This document shows positions 11,681-21,202 of a stretch of 64,000 bases of DNA, piece after piece. The translations under genes were made by a program, and so were the position numbers. Origin of the DNA: an uncultured delta proteobacterium (GTDB lineage: Bacteria; Desulfobacterota; Zymogenia; Zymogenales; Zymogenaceae); assembly GCA_963792965.1 (NCBI GenBank), contig CAWBYW010000007.1:352001-416000 (forward strand), read 5' to 3'. How positions within the stretch are numbered: position 1 is the stretch's first letter; each line of letters opens with the position of its first letter. The notes under the pieces were generated by a model. It had not been told where the DNA came from and did not search any database. It was given only the letters and a program-made list of their open reading frames with translations.

Positions 11681-11863
11681 CTATTCCTCCTCGATCTTGA
11701 TGACCTCCCGGTTGTTGTAGTAGCCGCAGTGAGGGCAGACCTCATGGGGTGCCTTCACCTCGCCGCAGTTGGAACAGGTCGAGCGCGCGGGCATCTCGAT
11801 TGCCTGATGCGCCCGGCGGTTGCCCCTGCGGGCCCTTGAATGTCTTCTCTTTGGAACAGCCAT
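11681..11863 (-). CDS. rpmF: 50S ribosomal protein L32
   Basis: MAVPKRRHS...RRAH, CSNCG...HEVCPHCGYY. Confidence 0.98.
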   Translation of the reverse strand: MAVPKRRHSRARRGNRRAHQAIEMPARSTCSNCGEVKAPHEVCPHCGYYNNREVIKIEEE

Positions 11864-11878
11864 TGATCGTTACCCCTG

Positions 11879-12478
11879 TTACTTAAGTTGAAGATTCTTG
11901 AGTTTCTCAAACCTGACATCGACAGATTCGTCTTTACAGCCGCAGATACCGGTATTCAGGTTTTTCCCACACCGGACGCAAAGCCCGAGACAATCGTCGT
12001 TGCAGAGTGGTTTTAGCGGTAAATTGAGAGAGATCTGCTCGTTGATGACCTGACCGACATCAAACAGGTCACCGTGAAACAGGTTGAAGTCGAGATCCTC
12101 CGCCTTCAGCTCGATATCTTTTTCGGTGATCTTCTTATGGGTGAAGACGCTTCTAAACGAGATGTCCAGCTTCTGCTCGAAGAGCTCCGTGCAGCGACTG
12201 CAGGCCCTTCCGGCGATGGCAAGGAGATGTCCGGTGACGATGATATTCTCGCCCTTCTTGACCAGCTTAATCGTGCCCTCAAAGCCATGGGGAAACGTAA
12301 GATCGGGTTCCTTGATGATGCCGAGCAGCTCGTCCTGCCAAGCGGTCCCTCCGATGACGGTATGGACCTCAAGGATCTCGGACTCTTTTTGCGATTCGGG
12401 GAAAAATCCGCGGCCCGGGATTGCGATGGAAATCCCTCCCTCGGGTATTTCGCCGACCTTAAAGAGTAAAAGCTCCAT
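11879..12478 (-). CDS. yceD: YceD/DUF177 family protein
   Basis: CSRC and PLKPLCNDDCLGLCVRCGKNLN...DVRFEKL; immediately upstream of rpmF. Confidence 0.92.
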   Translation of the reverse strand: MELLLFKVGEIPEGGISIAIPGRGFFPESQKESEILEVHTVIGGTAWQDELLGIIKEPDLTFPHGFEGTIKLVKKGENIIVTGHLLAIAGRACSRCTELFEQKLDISFRSVFTHKKITEKDIELKAEDLDFNLFHGDLFDVGQVINEQISLNLPLKPLCNDDCLGLCVRCGKNLNTGICGCKDESVDVRFEKLKNLQLK

Positions 12479-12599
12479 ACCAAATCCCCACTGTGAGAAT
12501 AAGCATTTTGCACATTTGGATATATATAACCAAAGGTCTTTTCTTTGTCAAGAAAATTTAAATATATCACAGATATGGGCAAACCCCTATGAAATTATG

Positions 12600-12628
12600 T
12601 TGACTTTTCGATGATTTTTTCTTATTAT
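12600..12628 (+). promoter_or_regulatory. Sigma70 promoter of the tup/pterin-cofactor operon
   Basis: TTGACT (12600-05), 17-bp spacer, TATTAT (12623-28), about 10 nt before the riboswitch-like RNA. Confidence 0.75.
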
Positions 12629-12638
12629 ATTGGTTTAA

Positions 12639-12808
12639 TTCTCCGATCCTTTACACCTAAGGGGGTCCACACGAGATCTCGTCGGAAACGACGGGAGCTT
12701 GCCCCGGAGTGCCTCAGGCATGTCGCCGGTGGGCCCGGTGCCCCTACGGTGTAAGGACGATACGGTTCGATTGGAAACGGTCGGGCCCCCCGTGTTCGGA
12801 AAGGAGAG
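12639..12808 (+). ncRNA. Moco/Tuco (molybdenum/tungsten cofactor) riboswitch-like RNA motif
   Basis: Opens with CTCCGA, has CCTAAG...TACGG in P2, a GAAA-tetraloop stem and the CCCGTGTTCGGAAAGGAG 3' end typical of the Moco motif; located in the tupA leader. Confidence 0.8.
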
Positions 12809-12937
12809 TTTTATGGAACAGCGCCTTCATCCTGTCGCACCGCCACCCATTCCATCGAACATTTCCCACAAACCGATCGACTCAGAAGTCGGGGCCGGCC
12901 GCATAGGTAATCTCATTCATTTTATGGAGGTCTTACG

Positions 12938-13756
12938 ATGAGAAAGCTCTACTGCGTTCTCGCTGTGGCGGCCCTTGTCACCTTTGGTCTCGTTCTGAGC
13001 GCCGCCGCTAAGGAAACCATTACTCTTGCCACTACGACGAGCACCGTCGATACCGGGCTCCTTGACGTAATCCTTCCCGTATTTACGGCCAAGACCGGGA
13101 TCGACGTGAAAGTCGTCTACGCCGGCACCGGCAAGGCCCTCGAGATCGCCAAGAACGGCGACGCGGACGTGGTGCTGGTCCACGCGAGATCCTTGGAAGA
13201 TCAGTTCATAGCCGACGGCTACGGAATCGACCGCAAAGACGTCATGTACAATAATTTCATGCTGATCGGCCCGAAGAGTGACCCCGCGAAGGTCATGGGT
13301 ATGAAGGAGGTCGTGGAAGCCTTCAAGAAGATCGCCGACAAGAAGGCGCTCTTCCTCACCCGTGCCGACAAGTCGGGCACCAATGTCAAGGAGCTTGACA
13401 TCTGGAAGGCCGCGGGGATCACCCCCAAGGGTGACTGGTACGTGGAGACCGGCCAGGGGATGGGCCCCACCTTGCTTGTTGCCAATGAGAAGGGGGCCTA
13501 TACCTTGAGCGACGACGCGACCTACTTCGACTTCACGCTCGGCAAAAAGATCGACCTCCCGATCATGGTGAAGGGTGAAAAAATGCTCTTCAACCAGTAC
13601 GGCGTTATCCTCGTTAACCCGAAGAAAGTCTCGACGGTAAAGTATGACGCAGCCAAGAAATTTGCCGACTGGCTGACCGGCCCCGACGGGCAGAAAAACA
13701 TTGCCGATTTCAAGAAGTACGGCAAGCAGCTTTTCTTCCCTGACGCGCCGAAGTAA
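12938..13756 (+). CDS. tupA: Tungstate ABC transporter substrate-binding protein
   Basis: Signal peptide, LATTTSTVDTGLL (TTTS tungstate motif), GDADVVLVHA, RADKSGT. Confidence 0.95.
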   Translation: MRKLYCVLAVAALVTFGLVLSAAAKETITLATTTSTVDTGLLDVILPVFTAKTGIDVKVVYAGTGKALEIAKNGDADVVLVHARSLEDQFIADGYGIDRKDVMYNNFMLIGPKSDPAKVMGMKEVVEAFKKIADKKALFLTRADKSGTNVKELDIWKAAGITPKGDWYVETGQGMGPTLLVANEKGAYTLSDDATYFDFTLGKKIDLPIMVKGEKMLFNQYGVILVNPKKVSTVKYDAAKKFADWLTGPDGQKNIADFKKYGKQLFFPDAPK

Positions 13757-13787
13757 TTATTAACCATACGGAGGGTGACGAGGCTTC

Positions 13788-14504
13788 TTGTTTCGTATCG
13801 AATCATTACGCTATCTTACCGAAGGGGTAAGCCAGGCCTTCGTCCTGATAGTCACCTTCGATCCAGCGGTCTACGAGATCGTAGGGCTTTCCCTCTACTG
13901 CTCTCTGGCCGCCACCCTGATCGGCTCGCTCGTGGGCCTGCCCACGGGATTTCTGATCGGAGCCTTCGACTTCAGGGGGAAGCGCACGCTCGTCACCCTC
14001 TTTAATGCACTCATGGCCCTCCCCACGACCGTCGTGGGGCTCCTGGGGTACATGATCCTCTCCCACAGCGGCCCCCTCGGCTTTCTGGGTCTTCTCTTTA
14101 CCCCGGCCGCGATTATCCTCGGACAGATGGTCCTCTGCTTTCCGATCATCACCGCCTTTACCATTTCCACGACCCAGGGCATTAACCCGCTCATCCGGCA
14201 AACTGCTCTCACCCTTGGGGCGTCTTCCACCCAGGCGTCTCTCGCCGTCTTCCGCGAGGGCCGGGTCGGGTATCTCGTCTGTATCGTCGCGGGGTTCGCG
14301 CGGGTCGTGGCCGAGGTCGGCTCGGCCATGATGCTGGGCGGAAACATCAAGGGACACACCCGCACCATCCCCACCGCCATCGCGCTCGAGACGGGAAAGG
14401 GGGAATTCTCTCTCGGTATAGCGCTCGGTATTATCCTGTTGATCCTCGCGCTTTCGGTTAATATCGTCGTGCAGAGGCTCCGGTTTACAAGGGAAGCGAA
14501 ATGA
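13788..14504 (+). CDS. tupB: Tungstate ABC transporter permease
   Basis: Hydrophobic; LPTTVVGL, AEVGSAMMLGGNIKGHTRT, IALETGKGEF. Confidence 0.93.
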   Translation: MFRIESLRYLTEGVSQAFVLIVTFDPAVYEIVGLSLYCSLAATLIGSLVGLPTGFLIGAFDFRGKRTLVTLFNALMALPTTVVGLLGYMILSHSGPLGFLGLLFTPAAIILGQMVLCFPIITAFTISTTQGINPLIRQTALTLGASSTQASLAVFREGRVGYLVCIVAGFARVVAEVGSAMMLGGNIKGHTRTIPTAIALETGKGEFSLGIALGIILLILALSVNIVVQRLRFTREAK

Positions 14505-15508
14505 GCCCCGACAATATTATAGAAATACACGATCTTAAGCAGGTCTATGACGGAACGACCGTGCTGGATATTGATGCCTTTTCTTTCAAACGGGGGCTTA
14601 TCTACGCCCTCGTCGGTCCGAACGGCTCCGGCAAGAGCACGCTCCTCTCGATTCTCGCCTCCCTTGTCCCCTTTACCTCCGGCAGGGTCATTTTGGATGG
14701 CGCCGACGTGGGCCGTGCCGATCCCTATGAGGCCAGAAAGCGCGTCACCCTCGTTCACCAGGAGCCGGTGATGTTTCATGCATCCGTAAGGAAGAATGTC
14801 GCTCTGGGGCTCATCTATCGTGATCTACCGAGGGGAGAGATTTCGCAAAAGGTCTCGGAGGCTCTCGGTGCCGTGGGGATGATGGGGCTCGAGCATCGGA
14901 ACGCCCGGACTCTCTCAGGGGGGGAAAAGAAGAGGATCGCCATCGCCCGGGCCCTCGCCCTTTCCCCTGATATCCTCCTGCTGGATGAGCCCACCGCGAA
15001 CGTCGATGCGATCAACAGCGCAAACATCGAAGAGATCATCCGAACGATAAATGACCGGAAAAAGACGACCATTATATTCTCCTCCCACAACCTTAATCAG
15101 GCCTATCGACTCGCACACGAAGTCCTCAGCCTCATGTACGGCAGGCCCCAGGAAAAATCACTCCGAAATATTTTCGCCGGCTCCTCCGAGCTGATCGATC
15201 GGGAGCCGGTCTTCAATACCGGCCGTATCCGCATTAAGCTTCCCGACATCAATGACCAGATACGTCAAGTATCCATAGATCCGCACGATATCATTATCTC
15301 TAAGGTGGCTATTCCGACAAGCGCCCGGAACCTCTTTCGGGGCCAGATCATCGAAATAGTAAAGGATTCAAGCCTCATCGGGGTTACGGTGCGCGCCGAA
15401 GAGGATTTCAGGGTAACGATAACCGAGCGCTCCTTTAAGGAAATGGGGCTCTCCATCGGAGAGGACGTGTACATCGCCTTCAAGGCCACCGCCGTCACGA
15501 CCTATTGA
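14501..15508 (+). CDS. tupC: Tungstate ABC transporter ATPase with C-terminal TOBE domain
   Basis: GPNGSGKST, LSGGE, LLLDEPT; TSARNLFRGQI...FKATAV TOBE domain. Confidence 0.92.
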   Translation: MSPDNIIEIHDLKQVYDGTTVLDIDAFSFKRGLIYALVGPNGSGKSTLLSILASLVPFTSGRVILDGADVGRADPYEARKRVTLVHQEPVMFHASVRKNVALGLIYRDLPRGEISQKVSEALGAVGMMGLEHRNARTLSGGEKKRIAIARALALSPDILLLDEPTANVDAINSANIEEIIRTINDRKKTTIIFSSHNLNQAYRLAHEVLSLMYGRPQEKSLRNIFAGSSELIDREPVFNTGRIRIKLPDINDQIRQVSIDPHDIIISKVAIPTSARNLFRGQIIEIVKDSSLIGVTVRAEEDFRVTITERSFKEMGLSIGEDVYIAFKATAVTTY

Positions 15509-15522
15509 CAGAACGTGCGACA

Positions 15523-16773
15523 ATGAGAAAAGGCTTTTTAACACTCACGGACGCCGATGAGTTCAGGCGGATTATTTTCGCGGCGCCCGACACGGTCGAG
15601 GGCGAACCGATCGCAACCTCCGACGCCCTGGGTCGGATTCCCGTCTCGGATATCCGCTCGCCCATCGACCTGCCGGAGTTTCGCCGCTCCACCGTCGACG
15701 GATTTGCGGCGAAGAGTTCGGACACCCACGGCGCGTCCGATTCGATCCCGGTCTACCTTGATCTCGTGGACGATATCCCCATTGGGACGAGTCCCGCACG
15801 CCCGATCGTGGCGGGCCAGGCCGCGCGGGTCGTCACAGGGGGAATGATCCCCGAGGGCGCCGACGCCATTGTGATGCTCGAATACACTCAGGTTGCACAC
15901 GAGACGACGCTGGAAGTCAGGAGGCCGGCGGCACATCTGGAGAATGTGGCACAAATCGGCGAGGATATCGCGCGTAACGCGCTCGTCGTGCCCGCGACCA
16001 TACCACTGAGGCCTTTTGATATCGGGGCCCTCATGGGAGTCGGGATAACGCAAATCACGGTCTTCAAGAAACCGCGCGTTACCGTGTTTTCCACGGGCAA
16101 CGAGGTGGTCTCGCCGACGGAGATCCCCCCCCTCGGCAAGGTCCGCGACATCAATACGTACGCCGTCGCGGCGGGGGTGGCGCAGGCCGGCGGCCGACCT
16201 ATCGTCTTGCCGCCCGTCGGGGACGACCTCGACCTGTTGAAGAAGACGATCGGGAACTCCGTCCGGACCTCCGACATGATAATCCTCTCCGGGGGGAGCT
16301 CCGTGGGTAATATGGACTTTACGGTTGCCGCCATCAACGAGACCGGAAGCCCGGGGGTCATCGTTCACGGCCTTGCCGTTAAGCCGGGGAAACCCACAAT
16401 TTACGGGGTCGTCGATGACGTCCCCGTGTTCGGCCTTCCCGGGCATCCGGCCGGCGCGATGGTCGTCTTTCTGCTCTTCGTCGCTCCTCTCATCAGGAAG
16501 ATCGGGGGAGGCGGCGAGCTGGACCCTTTCGGGAGGACCATGACGGCACAGATTACCAGGAGTATCCACGGATCGCCCGGCCGACACGTGTATGTCCCCG
16601 TCGTAATAGAGCCGACCGACGGCGACGGACTCCCGAAGGCGGCCCCGCTGCTCGGGAAGTCCGGCGCCATCTCGATCCTCACCAAGAGCAATGGAATCGT
16701 CGCCATCCCGCCGATGAAGGAGGGACTCCGGGCGGGAGAGCATGTGGAGGTATACCTCTACAGGGTGTCATGA
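15523..16773 (+). CDS. moeA: Molybdopterin metal insertase MoeA (paralog 1)
   Basis: STVDGFA, TGGMIPEGADA, STGNEV, SGGSSVG, KPGKP, GLPGHP. Confidence 0.93.
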   Translation: MRKGFLTLTDADEFRRIIFAAPDTVEGEPIATSDALGRIPVSDIRSPIDLPEFRRSTVDGFAAKSSDTHGASDSIPVYLDLVDDIPIGTSPARPIVAGQAARVVTGGMIPEGADAIVMLEYTQVAHETTLEVRRPAAHLENVAQIGEDIARNALVVPATIPLRPFDIGALMGVGITQITVFKKPRVTVFSTGNEVVSPTEIPPLGKVRDINTYAVAAGVAQAGGRPIVLPPVGDDLDLLKKTIGNSVRTSDMIILSGGSSVGNMDFTVAAINETGSPGVIVHGLAVKPGKPTIYGVVDDVPVFGLPGHPAGAMVVFLLFVAPLIRKIGGGGELDPFGRTMTAQITRSIHGSPGRHVYVPVVIEPTDGDGLPKAAPLLGKSGAISILTKSNGIVAIPPMKEGLRAGEHVEVYLYRVS

Positions 16774-18689
16774 AACGAAACATCTATCTTGAGACAAAGC
16801 CGCTTGACGAAGCCCTCTCGGTATTTCTGACCGCTTTCGATGACGACTTCACCACGTCCGAAGAAGAGGTCAGGACCGCCGACGCGGCCGGAAGGATCAC
16901 GTCCCGGCCCGTCTTTGCCAAGATCTCGTCTCCCAATTATAATGCGGCCGCTATGGACGGAATCGCGGTGTCCGCGCGTGGCACGGACGGAGCAACCGAA
17001 ACCTCGCCGAAAAGGCTGGTGATTGACCGCGATTTCGTCTTCATCAACACCGGCAATCCCCTCCCCCCCGAACGCGACGCCGTCATCATGATCGAGGATG
17101 TAAACGAGATCGACGAGCTCTCAATCGAGATCATCAAGGCGGCGGTGCCCTACCAGCACGTGCGGGCAATGGGCGAGGACGCCGTGGCGACGGAGCTTAT
17201 ACTCCCCGCGTCCCACACGATCCGCCCGTATGACATCGGTGGTCTCCTCGGCACGGGCAACACGACCGTCCGCGTCAAGAAGCGGCCGCGATTCTTGCTT
17301 ATTCCAACCGGCGACGAGCTCATTCCCGACACCGAGCACGTGCTCCCCGAGGGGAAGGTCTTCGAGTCGAACTCGGCGGTCATTTCGGCGATGATCACCG
17401 AGGACGGCGGTTCGGCTCTACGCCACCCGATCATCGGGGACGACGAGGGCGAGATCAAGAAGGCGCTCGCCCGGAATATCGATAAATTTGACGCGGTCAT
17501 CGTCCTTGCGGGCTCGTCGGCCGGGAGTCGAGATTTTTCCCGCTCGATCATTGAAGAGCTCGGCGAGGTTTTTGTCCACGGCATCGCGATCATGCCCGGA
17601 AAGCCGACCATACTGGGCAGAGTCGCCAAAAAGCCGGTGATCGGGCTTCCCGGCTACCCGGTCTCGGCCGTCATCGCCTACGCGGTGATCGTGCGGCCCC
17701 TGATTGCTCGGCTCCTCGGCCTCCCCGTGTCGGCCGATGAAACCGCCGAGGTCACGGTCCTGCGCGATATCCCGAAACCGACCGGGACCGACCTTTTCCT
17801 GCGGGTGAGGATCGCTGATCTTTCCGGAAGGCTCATCGCCACACCGCTGCCGCGTGGGGCCGGGAACATCACGACGATGATCCGGGCCGACGGGATCATA
17901 AGAATCGATTCGCTCTCCGAGGGACTCAAAGCGCACGACACGGCGACCGCCCACCTCATCAGGAAACGGGAAGACATTCTCGGCACCATCATGGCCGTGG
18001 GAAGCCACGACATCTGCCTCGACCTGTTGGCCGGCAGGCTGCGGGCTGCTTATCCCCGCTTCCGGCTGGCCTCGGTTAACGTCGGGAGTCTCGGCGGTAT
18101 CATGGCGGTCAGAAACGGCGAGTGTCATCTCGCCGGAAGCCACCTCCTGGACCCCGAGACCGGGGCCTACAATATCCCCGCGATACAAAGGTATCTCGCG
18201 GGGGTGCCCGTCTCACTCGTGACGCTCGCCTTTCGCGAGCAGGGGCTGATCGTAGGTGTGGGAAACCCCAAAGGTATTACGGGAATCGCCGACCTCTTCG
18301 AGGACGGCGTAACCTTCGTCAACCGTCAGCGAGGATCCGGGACGCGCATCCTGCTTGACTATCTCCTCAAACAACAAGAGCTGGACCCGCTCCGTATCGA
18401 CGGATACAGGCACGAGGAATTCACCCACCTTATGGTGGCGGCGGCCGTCAAGAGCGGCCGTGCGGATACGGGCCTCGGCATCAGGGCAGCCGCCAACGCC
18501 CTGGGCCTCGGCTTTGTTCCGGTGGAACGCGAGCGCTACGACCTGATTATTCCGCTTAAATTTCGAGACGATGAAAAAATCGTGGCCCTCGTCCAGACGG
18601 TCAGGGATACAATGTTTCATCGGGAGGTCGTATCGCTCGGCGGCTACGACACGACCGAAACAGGAAAGGAAAGGATCATTGAGGCGTAA
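16770..18689 (+). CDS. moeA: MoeA fused to a C-terminal LysR-substrate/PBP-like domain (paralog 2)
   Basis: AAMDGIA, PTGDEL, MPGKP, GLPGYP; then GSHD, GSLGG, AGSHLLD, NRQRGSGTR. Confidence 0.93.
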   Translation: MKRNIYLETKPLDEALSVFLTAFDDDFTTSEEEVRTADAAGRITSRPVFAKISSPNYNAAAMDGIAVSARGTDGATETSPKRLVIDRDFVFINTGNPLPPERDAVIMIEDVNEIDELSIEIIKAAVPYQHVRAMGEDAVATELILPASHTIRPYDIGGLLGTGNTTVRVKKRPRFLLIPTGDELIPDTEHVLPEGKVFESNSAVISAMITEDGGSALRHPIIGDDEGEIKKALARNIDKFDAVIVLAGSSAGSRDFSRSIIEELGEVFVHGIAIMPGKPTILGRVAKKPVIGLPGYPVSAVIAYAVIVRPLIARLLGLPVSADETAEVTVLRDIPKPTGTDLFLRVRIADLSGRLIATPLPRGAGNITTMIRADGIIRIDSLSEGLKAHDTATAHLIRKREDILGTIMAVGSHDICLDLLAGRLRAAYPRFRLASVNVGSLGGIMAVRNGECHLAGSHLLDPETGAYNIPAIQRYLAGVPVSLVTLAFREQGLIVGVGNPKGITGIADLFEDGVTFVNRQRGSGTRILLDYLLKQQELDPLRIDGYRHEEFTHLMVAAAVKSGRADTGLGIRAAANALGLGFVPVERERYDLIIPLKFRDDEKIVALVQTVRDTMFHREVVSLGGYDTTETGKERIIEA

Positions 18690-19698
18690 TCTGGAAAAAG
18701 AGACCGATCCGCACGCAACCACGGATCGTTATAATCGGACGATCGATTACATGAGGATTTCCGTGACGGACCGCTGTAACCTCCGATGCCGCTACTGCAT
18801 GCCGGAACAGGGCGTCACCGCCGTGTCTCACGACCTCATCATGCGCTACGAAGAGATCGAGATGCTCGTGCGTGCCGCTGTCACCATCGGGTTTAAAAAG
18901 ATCCGTCTTACCGGCGGCGAGCCCCTTGTCAGGAAGGGGATCACGCGTCTGATCACCACGCTTAAGAAGATCGAGGGGATCAGTGATCTGTCGCTCACCA
19001 CAAACGGCGTTCTCCTATCCGACATGGCGCACCAACTGAAGGAGGCCGGTATCGGCCGAATCAACATCAGTCTCGACACGCTCAGACCCGATCGGTTTTT
19101 CACGATCACGCGGCGCGATCATTTCAAAGACGTCATCGACGGTATAGACGCCGCCCTCAACGCCGGCATGGACCCGGTGAAGATAAACGTCGTCCTCATG
19201 CGGGGGGTAAACGACGACGAAATCATGGATTTCGTCCTTCTCACCAGGGACCGCCCCCTTTGTGTCCGCTTCATCGAGTTTATGCCGACAACCGGAGAAA
19301 CGGCCTGGGATCGCGCACGCGTGGTCCCCTCCGATCAGGTATTGTCGGAAATCAAAAAAAGGTATACAATAACAGAAGTAGATCAAAAGACGGGCGCCGG
19401 CCCATCCACAGATTTTCGCATCGCCGGCTTCGCCGGCACGGTGGGGTTTATCTCCCCGATATCCCGGCACTTTTGTGATCGGTGTAACCGCCTCAGGGTT
19501 ACCGCCGACGGAAGAGTCCGCGGCTGTCTCTTCTCGGACGATGAGATGTACCTACTGCCGATCCTGCGGGGCACGCGCGATATATCCGAGATCGCCGACT
19601 TCATCAGGAAGGCTATCGCACATAAACCCTCGGCGCACAACATCAACGACGCCCGATTCAAGAACTGTCAGCGGGCGATGACGTCGATAGGAGGATAA
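18679..19698 (+). CDS. moaA: GTP 3',8-cyclase (radical SAM)
   Basis: RISVTDRCNLRCRYCMP, TGGEPL, FCDRCNRLR, C-terminal IGG; probable TTG start at 18679. Confidence 0.96.
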   Translation: MRRNLEKETDPHATTDRYNRTIDYMRISVTDRCNLRCRYCMPEQGVTAVSHDLIMRYEEIEMLVRAAVTIGFKKIRLTGGEPLVRKGITRLITTLKKIEGISDLSLTTNGVLLSDMAHQLKEAGIGRINISLDTLRPDRFFTITRRDHFKDVIDGIDAALNAGMDPVKINVVLMRGVNDDEIMDFVLLTRDRPLCVRFIEFMPTTGETAWDRARVVPSDQVLSEIKKRYTITEVDQKTGAGPSTDFRIAGFAGTVGFISPISRHFCDRCNRLRVTADGRVRGCLFSDDEMYLLPILRGTRDISEIADFIRKAIAHKPSAHNINDARFKNCQRAMTSIGG

Positions 19699-19701
19699 CC
19701 C

Positions 19702-20178
19702 ATGGGCCTCACCCACACCGATGATAGGGGAAAGGCACGAATGGTAGATGTCTCCGAGAAAGAGATTACCGCTCGGGAAGCCACCGCCGCCGGGGTTGTC
19801 TCGGTGAAGCCCGAGACGCTTGAGATGATACGGGAAAATCGTGTCAAAAAGGGGGATGTCATGTCCACGGCGCGTATCGCCGCTTTCATGGCAGTCAAGA
19901 AGACGCCGGACCTGATCCCCCTGTGTCACCCGATCCCCGTCTCCGATATAGCCGTCGACATAGAACTCGACGAAGCCCACAGCGCCGTCTCGATCCGTGT
20001 CACCGTGAAGGCCCTCTGGAGAACCGGCGTGGAGATGGAGGCGATCGTCGGGGTGCTCACGGCCGCCGCGACGATCTACGACATGATCAAAGCCCTTGAC
20101 CGCGGCGCAGTCATCTCCGACGTGAAACTCATAAAGAAATCGGGCGGGAAGAGCGGAACGTTTATCAGGGAGCAATAA
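19702..20178 (+). CDS. moaC: Cyclic pyranopterin monophosphate synthase
   Basis: MVDVSEK, LIPLCHP, TGVEMEA, YDMIKA, KSGGKSG. Confidence 0.97.
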   Translation: MGLTHTDDRGKARMVDVSEKEITAREATAAGVVSVKPETLEMIRENRVKKGDVMSTARIAAFMAVKKTPDLIPLCHPIPVSDIAVDIELDEAHSAVSIRVTVKALWRTGVEMEAIVGVLTAAATIYDMIKALDRGAVISDVKLIKKSGGKSGTFIREQ

Positions 20179-20179
20179 G

Positions 20180-20638
20180 ATGAAAGAGAAAGGGAAGATT
20201 ATCTCCGTCAATATATCGCGGGATACCGGCATGAAGAAAGCCCCCGTTAGTCGGGGAGACCTGAAAAAAGACTTCGGCATCGTTACGGACGCCCACGCGG
20301 GCCCACATCACCGGCAGGTCAGCCTCCTCGCAAATGAGAGCATAGACAAGATGCGGGCGATGGGGGCCGACGTTGTCCCCGGCAGCTTTGCCGAGAACCT
20401 GACCACCGAGGGGATCGAGCTCGTCTCTCTTCCCGTCGGCACGATCATCACCACAAGCGGCGGGGCGACCCTTGAGGTGACCCAGATCGGCAAGGTCTGC
20501 CACGACCGGTGCGCGATATATGAAAGCATCGGCGACTGCGTGATGCCGCGCGAGGGAATCTTCGTGAGGGTCATCGAGGGGGGGACGGTCCGCCCCGGCG
20601 ACACCATTGAGGTGCGCCAGAGGGGGGTGTCACGGTGA
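20180..20638 (+). CDS. MOSC domain protein
   Basis: DAHAGPHHRQVSLL, PGSFAENL, TQIGKVCH, CVMPREGIF. Confidence 0.92.
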   Translation: MKEKGKIISVNISRDTGMKKAPVSRGDLKKDFGIVTDAHAGPHHRQVSLLANESIDKMRAMGADVVPGSFAENLTTEGIELVSLPVGTIITTSGGATLEVTQIGKVCHDRCAIYESIGDCVMPREGIFVRVIEGGTVRPGDTIEVRQRGVSR

Positions 20639-21144
20639 GCGATCAGGACGGATCGATCATCAGGGCCGCCGTCATCACCCTGAGCGACAAAGGCTCGCGG
20701 GGAGAGCGCGTCGATGAAAGCGGCGCTCTGATAACCGATTTCGTCAAGAGAATGGGAGGAACGGTCGTATCGTATGAGGTCATCCCCGACGAGGCCGATA
20801 TCTTGAAGGATCGCCTCATTTCGCTTTCCGACGACGGCTCGGCGAATCTGATACTGACCACCGGAGGCACGGGGCTCACCCCCCGGGACATAACCCCGGA
20901 AGCCACGCTGGCGGTTGCCGAGCGTGACGTCCCCGGCTTTGCCGAGGCGATGCGGCAAAAGAGCCTCGAGAAGACGCCTCACGCCATGCTCTCGCGGGCG
21001 GTCTCAGTGATGAGAAAATGCACGCTGATCATCAACCTGCCGGGAAGCCCCAAGGCTGTCGCTGAGTGCCTCGGCGTGATCGCCCCTGCCCTTGTCCATG
21101 CTGTCGCGAAGGCCGGCGGTGACAACGCGGAGTGCGCCCGATGA
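20635..21144 (+). CDS. mog: Molybdopterin adenylyltransferase (MogA/MoaB family)
   Basis: TLSDKG, TTGGTGLTPRDITPEA, LSRA, NLPGSPKA. Confidence 0.93.
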   Translation: MSDQDGSIIRAAVITLSDKGSRGERVDESGALITDFVKRMGGTVVSYEVIPDEADILKDRLISLSDDGSANLILTTGGTGLTPRDITPEATLAVAERDVPGFAEAMRQKSLEKTPHAMLSRAVSVMRKCTLIINLPGSPKAVAECLGVIAPALVHAVAKAGGDNAECAR

Positions 21145-21202
21145 CGGATCATGTGTTTCCGGTGACTTCGGCGTTGGAAGTCCATAGCATCTGCGCTCCG
21201 TC

